Origin: Acidobacteriota bacterium
GTDB lineage: Bacteria > Acidobacteriota > Vicinamibacteria > Marinacidobacterales > Marinacidobacteraceae
Length of the DNA stretch: 64,000 bases
Direction of reading: 5' to 3'
Assembly (NCBI GenBank): GCA_022822745.1
Contig: JAJEAO010000114.1
Location: 69,613 to 133,612 of the forward strand
Part shown: positions 56,443-64,000 of the stretch, in pieces
Position numbering within the stretch: position 1 is the first letter of the stretch
Layout of the letters: each line of letters opens with the position of its first letter
Program-made: the position numbers and the translations under genes
The notes under the pieces: generated by a model
Database searches by the model: none
Seen by the model: only the letters and a program-made list of their open reading frames with translations
What the model was told of the DNA's origin: nothing

Positions 56443-56931
56443 ATGAAGAAATCCCTCTCGATCGCAGCGACGCTGCTGTTCGTTCTCCTGGCGTTCGGCG
56501 CCGGATGGATCGCCTCGGGGATCGGGGTGGGGCGCCGGGCGCCGGCGGCGTCGCTGGAGGCGCGCGAGGCCGCCTTCATCGAGAGCATGCGCAACGTCGT
56601 CCTCGAAGGGGAGTTCACGGTCGAGTGGCCGGAGCCCCGGCCGGGCCGGCGCGCCGACCGCTACGAGATCGAGTCGGTGGAGAAGCTGGACGGCAACCGG
56701 TGGCGCTTCAACGCCCGCATCGTGTACGGGAGCGTGGACGTGACCGCGCCGGTCGTCGTGCCCCTCGAGTGGGCGGGAGACTTCCCGGTGGTCGTCCTGA
56801 AGGACGCGGCGCTTCCCGGGGTCGGCGAGGAGTTCGGGGCGGTGGTCGCGTTCGATGGCGACCGCTACGCCGGCACCTGGGACCACGGCGAGGTCGGCGG
56901 GTTCATGTTCGGTCGCATCGCGCCCCGGTAG
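56443..56931 (+). CDS. hypothetical membrane-anchored/secreted protein (162 aa)
   Basis: MKKSLSIAATLLFVLLAFGAGWIASG signal-anchor; GGAGG lies 12 nt upstream; no known domain. Confidence 0.45.
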   Translation: MKKSLSIAATLLFVLLAFGAGWIASGIGVGRRAPAASLEAREAAFIESMRNVVLEGEFTVEWPEPRPGRRADRYEIESVEKLDGNRWRFNARIVYGSVDVTAPVVVPLEWAGDFPVVVLKDAALPGVGEEFGAVVAFDGDRYAGTWDHGEVGGFMFGRIAPR

Positions 56932-56935
56932 CCCT

Positions 56936-57664
56936 TCACCGCTTCGCGGCGAGGATGGCGGCGCGGCGACGGATGACCCCGGGCGAGAACCACGAGTCCA
57001 GAAAGCCCCGCCGCTTCGCCTCCCGCCCGGCGGAGGCGCGGGCGGCCGCGGCGGCGCGCAGCTCCCGCTTCGTGTGGGCGTAGGCGCTCCGGGGGAGGGC
57101 GCCGAGTTCGGCCGCGAGGGCGGTGGCGCGGGCGAGAATCTCGTCGGCGGGCGCGAGTTCGTGGAGGAAACCGTTCTCCACCGCCTCCGCCGGCCCGGTC
57201 AGCGCCCCCTGCAGGAGGATCCGGGGGCGACGGCGCCGGGGAATCGCGGAGCGCAGGATCTCGAACCCCATCGCCGGGAAGGTGACGCCGAGCGAGACCT
57301 CGGAGACCCCGACGCGGTAGCGGCCCTCCGCGCCGATCCGGAAGTCGCAGGCGGCGGCGAACAGCGCGCCTCCCGCCACCGCGTGTCCGTTCACGGCGGC
57401 GACCGTCGGGGCCGGAAACAGGAACAGATCCCGGAGCACCGCCTCGAAACGGTCCACGAAGTCCCCCATCGCCGCGCGGTCCTCGGGGAGGCCGCCGAGA
57501 TCGAGTCCGGCCGAGAAGAATCGCCCGGACCCGGTCAGCACGAGGGCCGCGTTCTCCTGCATCGCCCGCTCCAGCCCGGAGGCGACGAAGTCGAGGAACG
57601 CGGGACCGATCGCGTTCGCCGGCCCGTGATCGAGCTCGAGAACCAGCGCCCCGGAAGCGGTCAT
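56936..57664 (-). CDS. enoyl-CoA hydratase/isomerase family protein
   Basis: Crotonase fold blocks ...TVAAVNGHAVAGGALFAAACDFRI...; 242 aa. It lies downstream of the peroxiredoxin gene on the same strand. Confidence 0.8.
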   Translation of the reverse strand: MTASGALVLELDHGPANAIGPAFLDFVASGLERAMQENAALVLTGSGRFFSAGLDLGGLPEDRAAMGDFVDRFEAVLRDLFLFPAPTVAAVNGHAVAGGALFAAACDFRIGAEGRYRVGVSEVSLGVTFPAMGFEILRSAIPRRRRPRILLQGALTGPAEAVENGFLHELAPADEILARATALAAELGALPRSAYAHTKRELRAAAAARASAGREAKRRGFLDSWFSPGVIRRRAAILAAKR

Positions 57665-57706
57665 CGGGCCGGATCCGGGGCGCCGCGTCGGGAATCTATC
57701 GGGAAC

Positions 57707-58324
57707 CTACTCGAGCGATTCGAGGGCTTCGAGGAGCGGGGCGTAGTCCTCCACGATCTGGTAGTCGTAGTTCACGTAGCGGAGGACGCCCTCCCGATCC
57801 ACGACGAAGGTCGCGCGGGAGGCGTAGCGGGCTCCGTTGATCTCGATCGGCTCGACGCCGTAGGCGTCCACGACCTGGCTGTCCCGGTCGGAGAGGAGCA
57901 CCAGCGGAGGCAGTTCGCCATCGGCTGCCTGCGGGCGGCCGCCCTTGTCGGCGGAGAAGCTCTCCAGCCAGTTCCACTGCGAGAACGGGGAGTCCACACT
58001 GATGCCGAAGACCATCGCGCCTGCATCCAGAAACTTCTGGATGTCGTCCCGGTAGGACGAAAACTGGCGGGTTCAACCACCGGTCCAATCGGCCACGTAG
58101 AACGCGAGCACGATGTTCTTCTCGCCGATCACATCGTGGAGCGAGATCTGCGTCGCTCCGGGACGCTCGCCGGCGGTGGAAGCGAGGGGATTCGGGAAGG
58201 CGGGAGCGCGGTCCCCCACCTTCAGGGGACCGTCCTGGGCCGCCGCGGGAGCGGGAGAGCCGGCCGCCAGGACGACGACGCCGAGGAGCGGCGCGAGCCA
58301 GCGCAGCGGGGAGGGGCGCTTCAT
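57707..58324 (-). CDS. periplasmic peroxiredoxin (BCP/PrxQ-like, AhpC-TSA/Redoxin fold) with in-frame TGA (58073..58075) at the peroxidatic-Cys position; candidate selenoprotein (alternatively a nonsense-disrupted gene)
   Basis: ORFs 58073..58408 and 57707..58015 are in the same frame with only one stop between them. Joined translation reads ...NIVLAFYVADWTGG[TGA]TRQFSSYRDDIQKFLDAGAMVFGISVDSPFSQWNW..., i.e. the Prx T-x-x-C motif with TGA at C. Signal peptide MKRPSPLRWLAPLLGVVVLAAG. GGAGG lies 10 nt before ATG 58324. Confidence 0.6.
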
Positions 58325-58521
58325 GGGACAACCTCCGGGAGGAAACGGGATCCGGACCCTGGGCGGGTTCCGGTGACGAATGATGGCCGGTTTCGCCGGG
58401 GCGGGCAACCGGGACCGGGCGGACGGGAGAGGGACGCCGCGGGGGGAGCGCGGGCGGTGCTATTCTGATTCTTTGCCCGCTGGCGCGGCGGGCGACCCGC
58501 CTGAGAGAGGTTGATGCATCC

Positions 58522-58998
58522 GTGACCCTGACGTTCCGTTCACGGCTCGAGGCGGAGGTGCGGGCTCTCGAAGAGGAGCTCCATCTCCGCCTTCCCAAGC
58601 AGATCAAGGAGGCTCGCGAGCACGGCGACCTCTCGGAGAACGCGGAGTACGAAGCCGCGAAGGAGCGGCAGGGCTATGTGGCCGCCCGGCTGGCGCAGCT
58701 CAAGGAGCGGCTCGGGGCGCTCTCCATGCTGAACCTCGACAACATCCCGAACGATCGGGTCTCCCTCGGCAGCACGGTGCGGGTGCTCGACCTCGATACC
58801 GACGAGGAGCAGACCTACGAGCTCGTGCTGAGCGAGGACGCGGATGCGTCCGTGGGCAAGGTCTCGACCGGCTCGCCCATCGGACGGGCCCTCATGGGAT
58901 CGCGGGTGGGCGACGAGGTGAGCGTCCGGACCCCGAAGGGAGAACGCGAGCTGGAGGTTCTCGCCCTGAAGACGATCCACGAGCGGGGCTCCGCGTGA
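58522..58998 (+). CDS. greA: transcription elongation factor GreA
   Basis: N-terminal coiled-coil (...LEEELHLRLPKQIKEAREHGDLSENAEYEAAKERQGYVAARLAQLKERL) and C-terminal FKBP-like domain; GTG start. Confidence 0.85.
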   Translation: MTLTFRSRLEAEVRALEEELHLRLPKQIKEAREHGDLSENAEYEAAKERQGYVAARLAQLKERLGALSMLNLDNIPNDRVSLGSTVRVLDLDTDEEQTYELVLSEDADASVGKVSTGSPIGRALMGSRVGDEVSVRTPKGERELEVLALKTIHERGSA

Positions 58999-60356
58999 CC
59001 GCCTGGCCCGGACGCGCCGCGGCGCGGCTGGCGGCGGCCGCCGCGCTCGCGCTCGCCGGGCCCACCGTCCTCTCCGGGGAAGCCGCCGCGGCCGAGGTCT
59101 ATCAGGTGGATGTGGTGGACATCATCCACGCCGTCTCGGCCGAGCGCATCGTTTCCACGATCGACGCGGCGGCCGAAGCCGAGGCCTCGCTGGTGCTCGT
59201 GCGGCTGGATACGCCGGGCGGGCTCGACACCTCGATGCGGGAGATCATCGAAGCGATCCTGAACAGCCCGGTTCCGGTGGCGGTCTTCGTGGGGCCGTCG
59301 GGCTCGCGAGCGGCCTCCGCCGGCTACCTGATCACGCTCGCCGCCGATGTTTCCGGCATGGCGCCGGGGACGAACATGGGGGCGGCGACCCCGGTGTCCA
59401 CCGGCGGCGAGATGCCGGAGACGCTGAGCCGCAAGGTCGAGTCGGACGCGGCCGCCTACCTCCGATCGATCGCCGAGCGCCGCGGCCGGGACATCGAGCT
59501 CGCCGAGCAGGGCGTGACCGAGGCGAGGAGCTGGACGGCTTCCGAAGCGCTGGAGGACGGCCTGATCGACCTGGTCGCGGACGATGCGCCCGCCTTCCTC
59601 GAAGCCCTCGACGGCCGCACCGTGCGGCGGATCGACGGCGAGGAGGTCGTGCTCTCCACCCTCGGGGCAGCCGTCGTCGAGACCGAGCTGACCTGGCGCG
59701 ACCGGATCCTCTCTGTGATCGCCAACCCCAGCCTCGCGATCCTGCTCGGCATGATCGGACTTCTCGGGCTCTATCTCGAGTTCTCCAACCCGGGGCTCCT
59801 GATCCCGGGCATCCTCGGGCTCGTCGCTCTCCTGCTCGCCGGATTCGGGCTGAACCTCCTGCCGGTCAGCGTGCTCGGCGTCGCCCTCCTGCTCGTCGGG
59901 ATCGGCCTCATCACCGCGGAGGCGCTGACGCCCTCGTTCGGCGCGATGGGGGTCTCCGGCGCGGCGGCGCTCCTCGTGGGACTACTCTTCTTCTACGAGG
60001 AGCAATCGCTGCCCACCCCCGCCCTCAACCTGAACCTCGGTCTCGTGATCCCCACCGTCATCGCGTTCGCCGCGCTCGTGTTCTTCCTGGGACAGATGGT
60101 GCTGCGCTCGCAGCGGACCCCCGCGGTCAGCGGGCGCGAAGGGCTCATCGGACAGGTCGCGACCGCGCACCGCGATTTCGCGCCGGGCGGCGCCGGCACG
60201 GTCTTCGTTCACGGCGAGTACTGGAACGCCGTCGCCGCGGATCCGGTGCGCGAGGGGGACCGGGTCCGGATTCTCGATCTCGAGGGGCTCACGCTGACGG
60301 TGGGCGCCCCGCTCAACGCCCCGGGCATCTCGCCCGATTCGAACCAAGGAGCCTGA
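58995..60356 (+). CDS. NfeD-family membrane-bound ClpP-class serine protease
   Basis: N-terminal ClpP-like domain (...LDTPGGLDTSMREI...), central TM helices and a C-terminal OB-fold. GTG start overlaps the greA stop. Confidence 0.75.
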   Translation: MTAWPGRAAARLAAAAALALAGPTVLSGEAAAAEVYQVDVVDIIHAVSAERIVSTIDAAAEAEASLVLVRLDTPGGLDTSMREIIEAILNSPVPVAVFVGPSGSRAASAGYLITLAADVSGMAPGTNMGAATPVSTGGEMPETLSRKVESDAAAYLRSIAERRGRDIELAEQGVTEARSWTASEALEDGLIDLVADDAPAFLEALDGRTVRRIDGEEVVLSTLGAAVVETELTWRDRILSVIANPSLAILLGMIGLLGLYLEFSNPGLLIPGILGLVALLLAGFGLNLLPVSVLGVALLLVGIGLITAEALTPSFGAMGVSGAAALLVGLLFFYEEQSLPTPALNLNLGLVIPTVIAFAALVFFLGQMVLRSQRTPAVSGREGLIGQVATAHRDFAPGGAGTVFVHGEYWNAVAADPVREGDRVRILDLEGLTLTVGAPLNAPGISPDSNQGA

Positions 60357-60362
60357 CGAACG

Positions 60363-61151
60363 ATGTTCGGACTTCCCCTCGGCACGCTGCTGGCGATCGC
60401 CTTCCTCGCGATCTTTCTCCTGAACTGGATCAAGATCCTGAACGAGTTCGAACGGGGCGTGGTGTTCCGGTTCGGCAAGTTGCTGCCGCAGCCCAAGGGC
60501 CCCGGCCTGGTGCTGGTGTTCTCCCCGATCGATCGGATGGTGCGCGTCAGCCTGCGCCTGGTGGCGTTCGACGTGCCCCCGCAGGACATCATCACGCGGG
60601 ACAACGTCTCGGTGAAGGTGAACGCCGTCGTCTTCTACCGGGTCGTGAACGCGAAGAACGCGATCCTCGAGGTCGAGAACTTCCAGTACGCCACGTCGCA
60701 GCTCGCGCAGACCACGCTGCGGAGCGTCCTGGGGCAGGTGGAGCTGGATGACCTCCTCTCCCAGCGCGACCGGCTCAATGTGCGGCTGCAGGGGATCCTC
60801 GACAAGCAGACCGACCCCTGGGGGATCAAGGTGGCCTCGGTGGAGGTCAAGCACGTGGATCTCCCGAGCGAGATGCAGCGGGCGCTGGCGCGACAGGCGG
60901 AAGCCGAGCGGGAGAAGCGGGCCAAGGTGATCCACGCCGAGGGAGAACTGCAGGCGTCGAAGCAGCTCTCGGAGGCGGCCGAGGTCGTGGGCAGGCACCC
61001 CCTGGGCGCCCAGCTCCGCTATCTGCAGACCCTGACCGAGATCGCGTCCGAGAAGAACTCGACGATCATCTTCCCGCTGCCGCTGGACCTCGTGAAGCCG
61101 TTCGTCTCGGTGATGGAGAAGCTCGGGGGCGGCAGCTCGAAGGACGCCTGA
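60363..61151 (+). CDS. SPFH/band-7 (stomatin-like) protein
   Basis: N-terminal TM followed by the SPFH domain (...VVFRFGKLL...[21 protein letters not shown]...) and a coiled coil; a canonical NfeD-stomatin operon partner. Confidence 0.85.
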   Translation: MFGLPLGTLLAIAFLAIFLLNWIKILNEFERGVVFRFGKLLPQPKGPGLVLVFSPIDRMVRVSLRLVAFDVPPQDIITRDNVSVKVNAVVFYRVVNAKNAILEVENFQYATSQLAQTTLRSVLGQVELDDLLSQRDRLNVRLQGILDKQTDPWGIKVASVEVKHVDLPSEMQRALARQAEAEREKRAKVIHAEGELQASKQLSEAAEVVGRHPLGAQLRYLQTLTEIASEKNSTIIFPLPLDLVKPFVSVMEKLGGGSSKDA

Positions 61152-61163
61152 CGCCCGGGGTGC

Positions 61164-61211
61164 GGAGGACGCTTCCGGTTGTTCAAGCAGAACTTGAACT
61201 CCGGAGCGTCC
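61164..61211. promoter_or_regulatory. nested palindrome ggaggacgcttccgg-ttGTTCAAGcagaaCTTGAACt-ccggagcgtcc between SPFH stop and SPOR-gene start
   Basis: Inner perfect 7-nt inverted repeat GTTCAAG/CTTGAAC (61181..61199) is nested in an outer imperfect 11-nt inverted repeat. It could be a terminator-like hairpin or an operator. Confidence 0.3.
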
Positions 61212-61269
61212 GTTCTGCTAGGCTGAACGCCACCGGCGCGGGTCGCGCCCGGTCCACGGAGGGTCAGCC

Positions 61270-61917
61270 ATGAGTTCCTACGACGATCAGGATCACTACG
61301 ACATCCAGTTCAGCACCCGGCAGCTCGCGCTGCTGTTCGGGCTGCTCGTGGTGATCGTCGGCGGCGTGTTCGTCGGCGGGATCGTGATCGGCCGGAACAT
61401 GTCCCACGAGGCGCGGGAGGTCATCGCCGCGCGGCGGTCGGGCGGACCGATCGTCCCGCCCCCTCCCGCGCCCTCTCCGGTGGACGCCGTCGAGGAACCC
61501 GCGACGTCGGCGCCGCCGGAGACCCGCGTCAACCCTCCGATCGTGGCCGCGCCCGAGCCGACCCCGACTCCGGCGCCGACCCGACCGAGCCCGAGGGCCG
61601 AGACTTCGGTTGCCGAAGCGGAACCCGCCTCGCCTCCGCCACCGGCGGCGACCCCGCCGGCTTCGACGCCGGCGCCAACCGCTCCGACCGCCTCCGAAGG
61701 CCAGTTCACGATCCAGGTCGCCGCTTTCCGCGACCGGGCCGCCGCCGAGAGTCTGCTCGCGCGCATCGGCGAGCTGGGACTCGAGGGCTACCTCGAGGGC
61801 ACTCCCGCCGGCATCTTCCGGGTCCGGGTCGGCCGCTTCGCGACGCGCGAGGAGGCCCGGCGAGTGGCTGCCCGGCTCGAAGCCGAGCAGCTCGCCGCGC
61901 TCGTCACGAGCCGCTGA
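61270..61917 (+). CDS. SPOR-domain protein (cell-division/peptidoglycan-binding), single N-terminal TM, Pro/Ala-rich linker
   Basis: C-terminal SPOR domain ...QFTIQVAAFRDRAAAESLLARIGELGLEGYLEGTPAGIFRVRVGRFATREEARRVAARLE... Confidence 0.75.
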   Translation: MSSYDDQDHYDIQFSTRQLALLFGLLVVIVGGVFVGGIVIGRNMSHEAREVIAARRSGGPIVPPPPAPSPVDAVEEPATSAPPETRVNPPIVAAPEPTPTPAPTRPSPRAETSVAEAEPASPPPPAATPPASTPAPTAPTASEGQFTIQVAAFRDRAAAESLLARIGELGLEGYLEGTPAGIFRVRVGRFATREEARRVAARLEAEQLAALVTSR

Positions 61918-61976
61918 GAACCGGCCCCGTCAACGCCTCGCCTCCGCCCGAAGCGGCAATCCGGTCCCGGGGAGTT

Positions 61977-62007
61977 GCGGCGCCGGTCTGGAGACCGGCG
62001 CTCCATA
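61977..62007. repeat. REP-like repeat, copy E (single M2 unit gcggcgccggtctggagaccggcgctccata)
   Basis: Perfect 9-nt inverted repeat cgccggtct-gg-agaccggcg; it lies between the SPOR gene and prfB. Confidence 0.6.
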
Positions 62008-62126
62008 CCACTCGCCCCCGCCAGGCCCGGCCATCCGATCCCGGGGAGCCCTCGGGCGTCCATCGGGGTTAGCATCCCGTGCGCAAACGGGGCGGGCGAG
62101 ACGGGCCAGTCAGGGAGAACGAGATC

Positions 62127-63258
62127 GTGAAGCACGAACTCCTGGAGCGATTCCAGGCGCTGACGCCCCGGATCGGGGTCGTCCGGGGGTTTCTTTGACC
62201 CGGACGGACTGGCGAAGGAGATCGCGGAACTCGACGACCGACTGACCGACGCCTCGGTCTGGTCCGCCTCCGGCGACGGCCAGAGGCTCTCGCGCCGCCG
62301 GGCCGCGCTGGCGGCGGAGCGCTCCCGCGGCGCCGACTTCGAGGAGGTTCTCGAGGAAGTCGAGACCCTGGTGGAATGGGCGCGCGAGGGTGAATCCGTG
62401 GAAGAGGATCTCGCCGAACATCTGAAGCGGCTGGAAGCGGCGCTGGCCGACCTGGAGCTTCGTCAGCTCTTCGCCGGAGAGCACGACACGGAGGACGCGA
62501 TCCTCACGATCAACCCGGGCGCCGGGGGGACCGACGCCCAGGACTGGGCGGGCATGCTGCTCTCCATGTACATCCGGTGGGCGCGCAGCCACGGCTTCGA
62601 CGTCCGGTTGCTCGACGAGCAGCCCGGGGACGAAGCCGGAATCAAGAGCGCGACGCTCGAGGTCCGTGGCGACCACGCCTACGGTCGGCTTCGGGTGGAG
62701 TCCGGCGTCCACCGCCTCGTGCGCATGTCGCCGTTCGACACCCAGCACCGAAGGCACACCTCCTTCGCTTCCGTCGCGGCGTTTCCCGACCTCGACGACC
62801 GGATCGAGATCGAGGTGGACGAGAACGACCTGCGGATCGACACCTTCCGGGCGAGCGGCAAGGGCGGACAGCATGTGAACGTGACCGACTCCGCGGTGCG
62901 CATCACCCATCTCCCGACGGGCCTGGTCGTGTCGTGCCAGAACGAGCGGTCGCAGCACCGCAACCGCGACAGCGCGATGAAGGTGCTGCGCGCGCGGCTC
63001 TACGACCGCGCGGTCCAGGAGGCCAAGGCCCGCGAGGAGGCGGCCAAGGAGGGCCTCGGGGAGAACACCTTCGGGAACCAGATGCGGTCCTACGTGTTCC
63101 AGCCCTACCGGATGGTCAAGGACCACCGAACGAACCACCAGGTCGGTGACGTGGACCGGGTCATGGGGGGCGACCTCGACGGCTTCATCGAGGCCGGGCT
63201 CGTCCTCTCGGGCGGGACCCGGCGGGGACCGGAGAGAGCGGCCGAGCCCGGAGCGTAG
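62127..63258 (+). CDS. prfB: peptide chain release factor 2 with programmed +1 ribosomal frameshift at CTT-TGA-C (62193..62199)
   Basis: GTG 62127 is followed by 23 codons ending ...GGG TTT CTT TGA C with an upstream SD-like GGGGG, the classical prfB autoregulatory site. The +1 frame continues into ORF 62371..63258, which carries SPF and GGQ motifs (...RASGKGGQHVNVTDSAVRITH...). Confidence 0.85.
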
Positions 63259-63357
63259 GGAGCGCCCGCCGGGATCCGGCCCGCATCGCGCGGCGCGCCC
63301 GCCGGTATGCTTTCCCGCCGGGGCCGGGCCCGAGTCCGGCGCGCCCGCTTGCCCATC

Positions 63358-64000
63358 GTGACGGAACCCCTGCGACGGACCCCGCTCCACGCGCTGCACC
63401 GAGAACTCGGCGGCCGGATGACGCCGTTCGGCGGGTGGGACATGCCGGTGCAGTTCGCGGGCGTCGTGTCGGAACACCTCGCCGTGCGGAAGCGGGCCGG
63501 GCTCTTCGATGTGAGCCACATGGGCGAGTTCCGGTTCGAGGGACCGAAAGCGGCCGGCCTGCTGCAGCGGCTGACTCCGAACAACGTCGCGGCGCTGCGG
63601 ACGGGGCGCGCTCACTACTCGGCGCTCACGACCGACTCCGGCGGCATCGTGGACGACCTCGTGGTGTACCGCCGCGGGGCCGACGAGTTCCTCGTTGTGG
63701 TCAACGCCGCGAACACCGCGAAGGATCTGGCGTGGATCCGCGAGCGCGGCGGGGCAGACGCGTCGTGTCTCGTCGACGTGAGCGAGGAGACGGCGCTGCT
63801 CGCTCTCCAGGGGCCGCGGGCCCAGGCGATCCTCCAGCCGCTGGTTCCGGCAAACCTTCGGAAGGTGCGCTATTACCGCTTCGCCGACACCGAGATCTGC
63901 GGCGTGTCCGGCACGGTGGCGCGGATGGGCTACACCGGAGAGGACGGGTTCGAGATCATGCTCCCGGCCGAGGCGGCGGAGGAAGTGGCTCGCGGGATCC
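63358..64000 (+). CDS. gcvT: glycine cleavage system T protein (aminomethyltransferase), N-terminal part (3' end outside window)
   Basis: Translation VTEPLRRTPLHALHRELGGRMTPFGGWDMPVQFAGVVSEHLAVRKRAGLFDVSHMGEF... is the canonical GcvT N-terminus. GTG start assumed; the ORF runs off the window end. Confidence 0.8.
   Translation, partial: MTEPLRRTPLHALHRELGGRMTPFGGWDMPVQFAGVVSEHLAVRKRAGLFDVSHMGEFRFEGPKAAGLLQRLTPNNVAALRTGRAHYSALTTDSGGIVDDLVVYRRGADEFLVVVNAANTAKDLAWIRERGGADASCLVDVSEETALLALQGPRAQAILQPLVPANLRKVRYYRFADTEICGVSGTVARMGYTGEDGFEIMLPAEAAEEVARGI

Noticed and set aside
56380-56886. 168-aa minus-strand ORF between the HADH and enoyl-CoA hydratase genes
   Set aside because: Asp/Arg-rich with no structure-like pattern. 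The plus-strand ORF 56443..56931 has a signal anchor, an RBS and balanced composition, so the plus strand was preferred.
1-64000. rRNA genes, tmRNA, RNase P RNA, riboswitches
   Set aside because: No intergenic region contains rRNA-like length or recognisable conserved cores (e.g. no TPP/cobalamin/SAM riboswitch consensus). Only the two tRNAs could be folded confidently by hand.

Overview
This 64-kb window is a high-GC (about 70%) bacterial chromosomal segment with about 60 protein genes, two tRNAs (tRNA-Val-TAC and tRNA-Pro-GGG, both on the minus strand) and no rRNA or CRISPR array. The phylum is not determinable from sequence alone; ribosomal protein Thx, TolB-like propeller/amidohydrolase fusions and many secreted peptidases are compatible with Gemmatimonadota or Deinococcota-like lineages. 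Housekeeping and metabolic genes include a partial ggt, a tesA-ybbA-ybbP-like SGNH hydrolase/ABC transporter operon, an M14 carboxypeptidase, 5-oxoprolinase pxpA-pxpBC, ispG, gltA, an MdtABC-like RND efflux set, der, HU, coaBC, family-4 UDG, priA, an SSF symporter, greA, an NfeD/SPFH pair, a SPOR protein, prfB with its +1 frameshift site, and partial gcvT. The main candidate for an undescribed system is a compositionally atypical (lower-GC) defence island at 17.6-22.7 kb. It carries a HEPN (HI0074-like)/MNT toxin-antitoxin pair, a McrB-family GTPase with an unknown N-terminal domain plus an EVE/PUA-like domain, a McrC-family PD-(D/E)xK nuclease, and a translationally coupled 198-aa protein of unknown function. 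Other points for follow-up: (1) a signal-peptide peroxiredoxin whose reading frame continues through a single in-frame TGA at the peroxidatic-Cys position, a candidate selenoprotein; (2) a MerB-like gene downstream of DoxX whose homology continues past an in-frame TGA; (3) a family of GC-rich palindromic REP-like intergenic repeats at five or more loci; (4) a Fic protein translationally coupled to an EgtB-like DinB/FGE-sulfatase-fold enzyme next to tRNA-Pro, with a low-GC leader; (5) a 28-aa ribosomal protein Thx gene missed by the ORF track; (6) a low-GC orphan gene and several overlapping start/stop couplings. Many long Arg/Pro-rich ORFs in the six-frame track are GC artefacts and were rejected.
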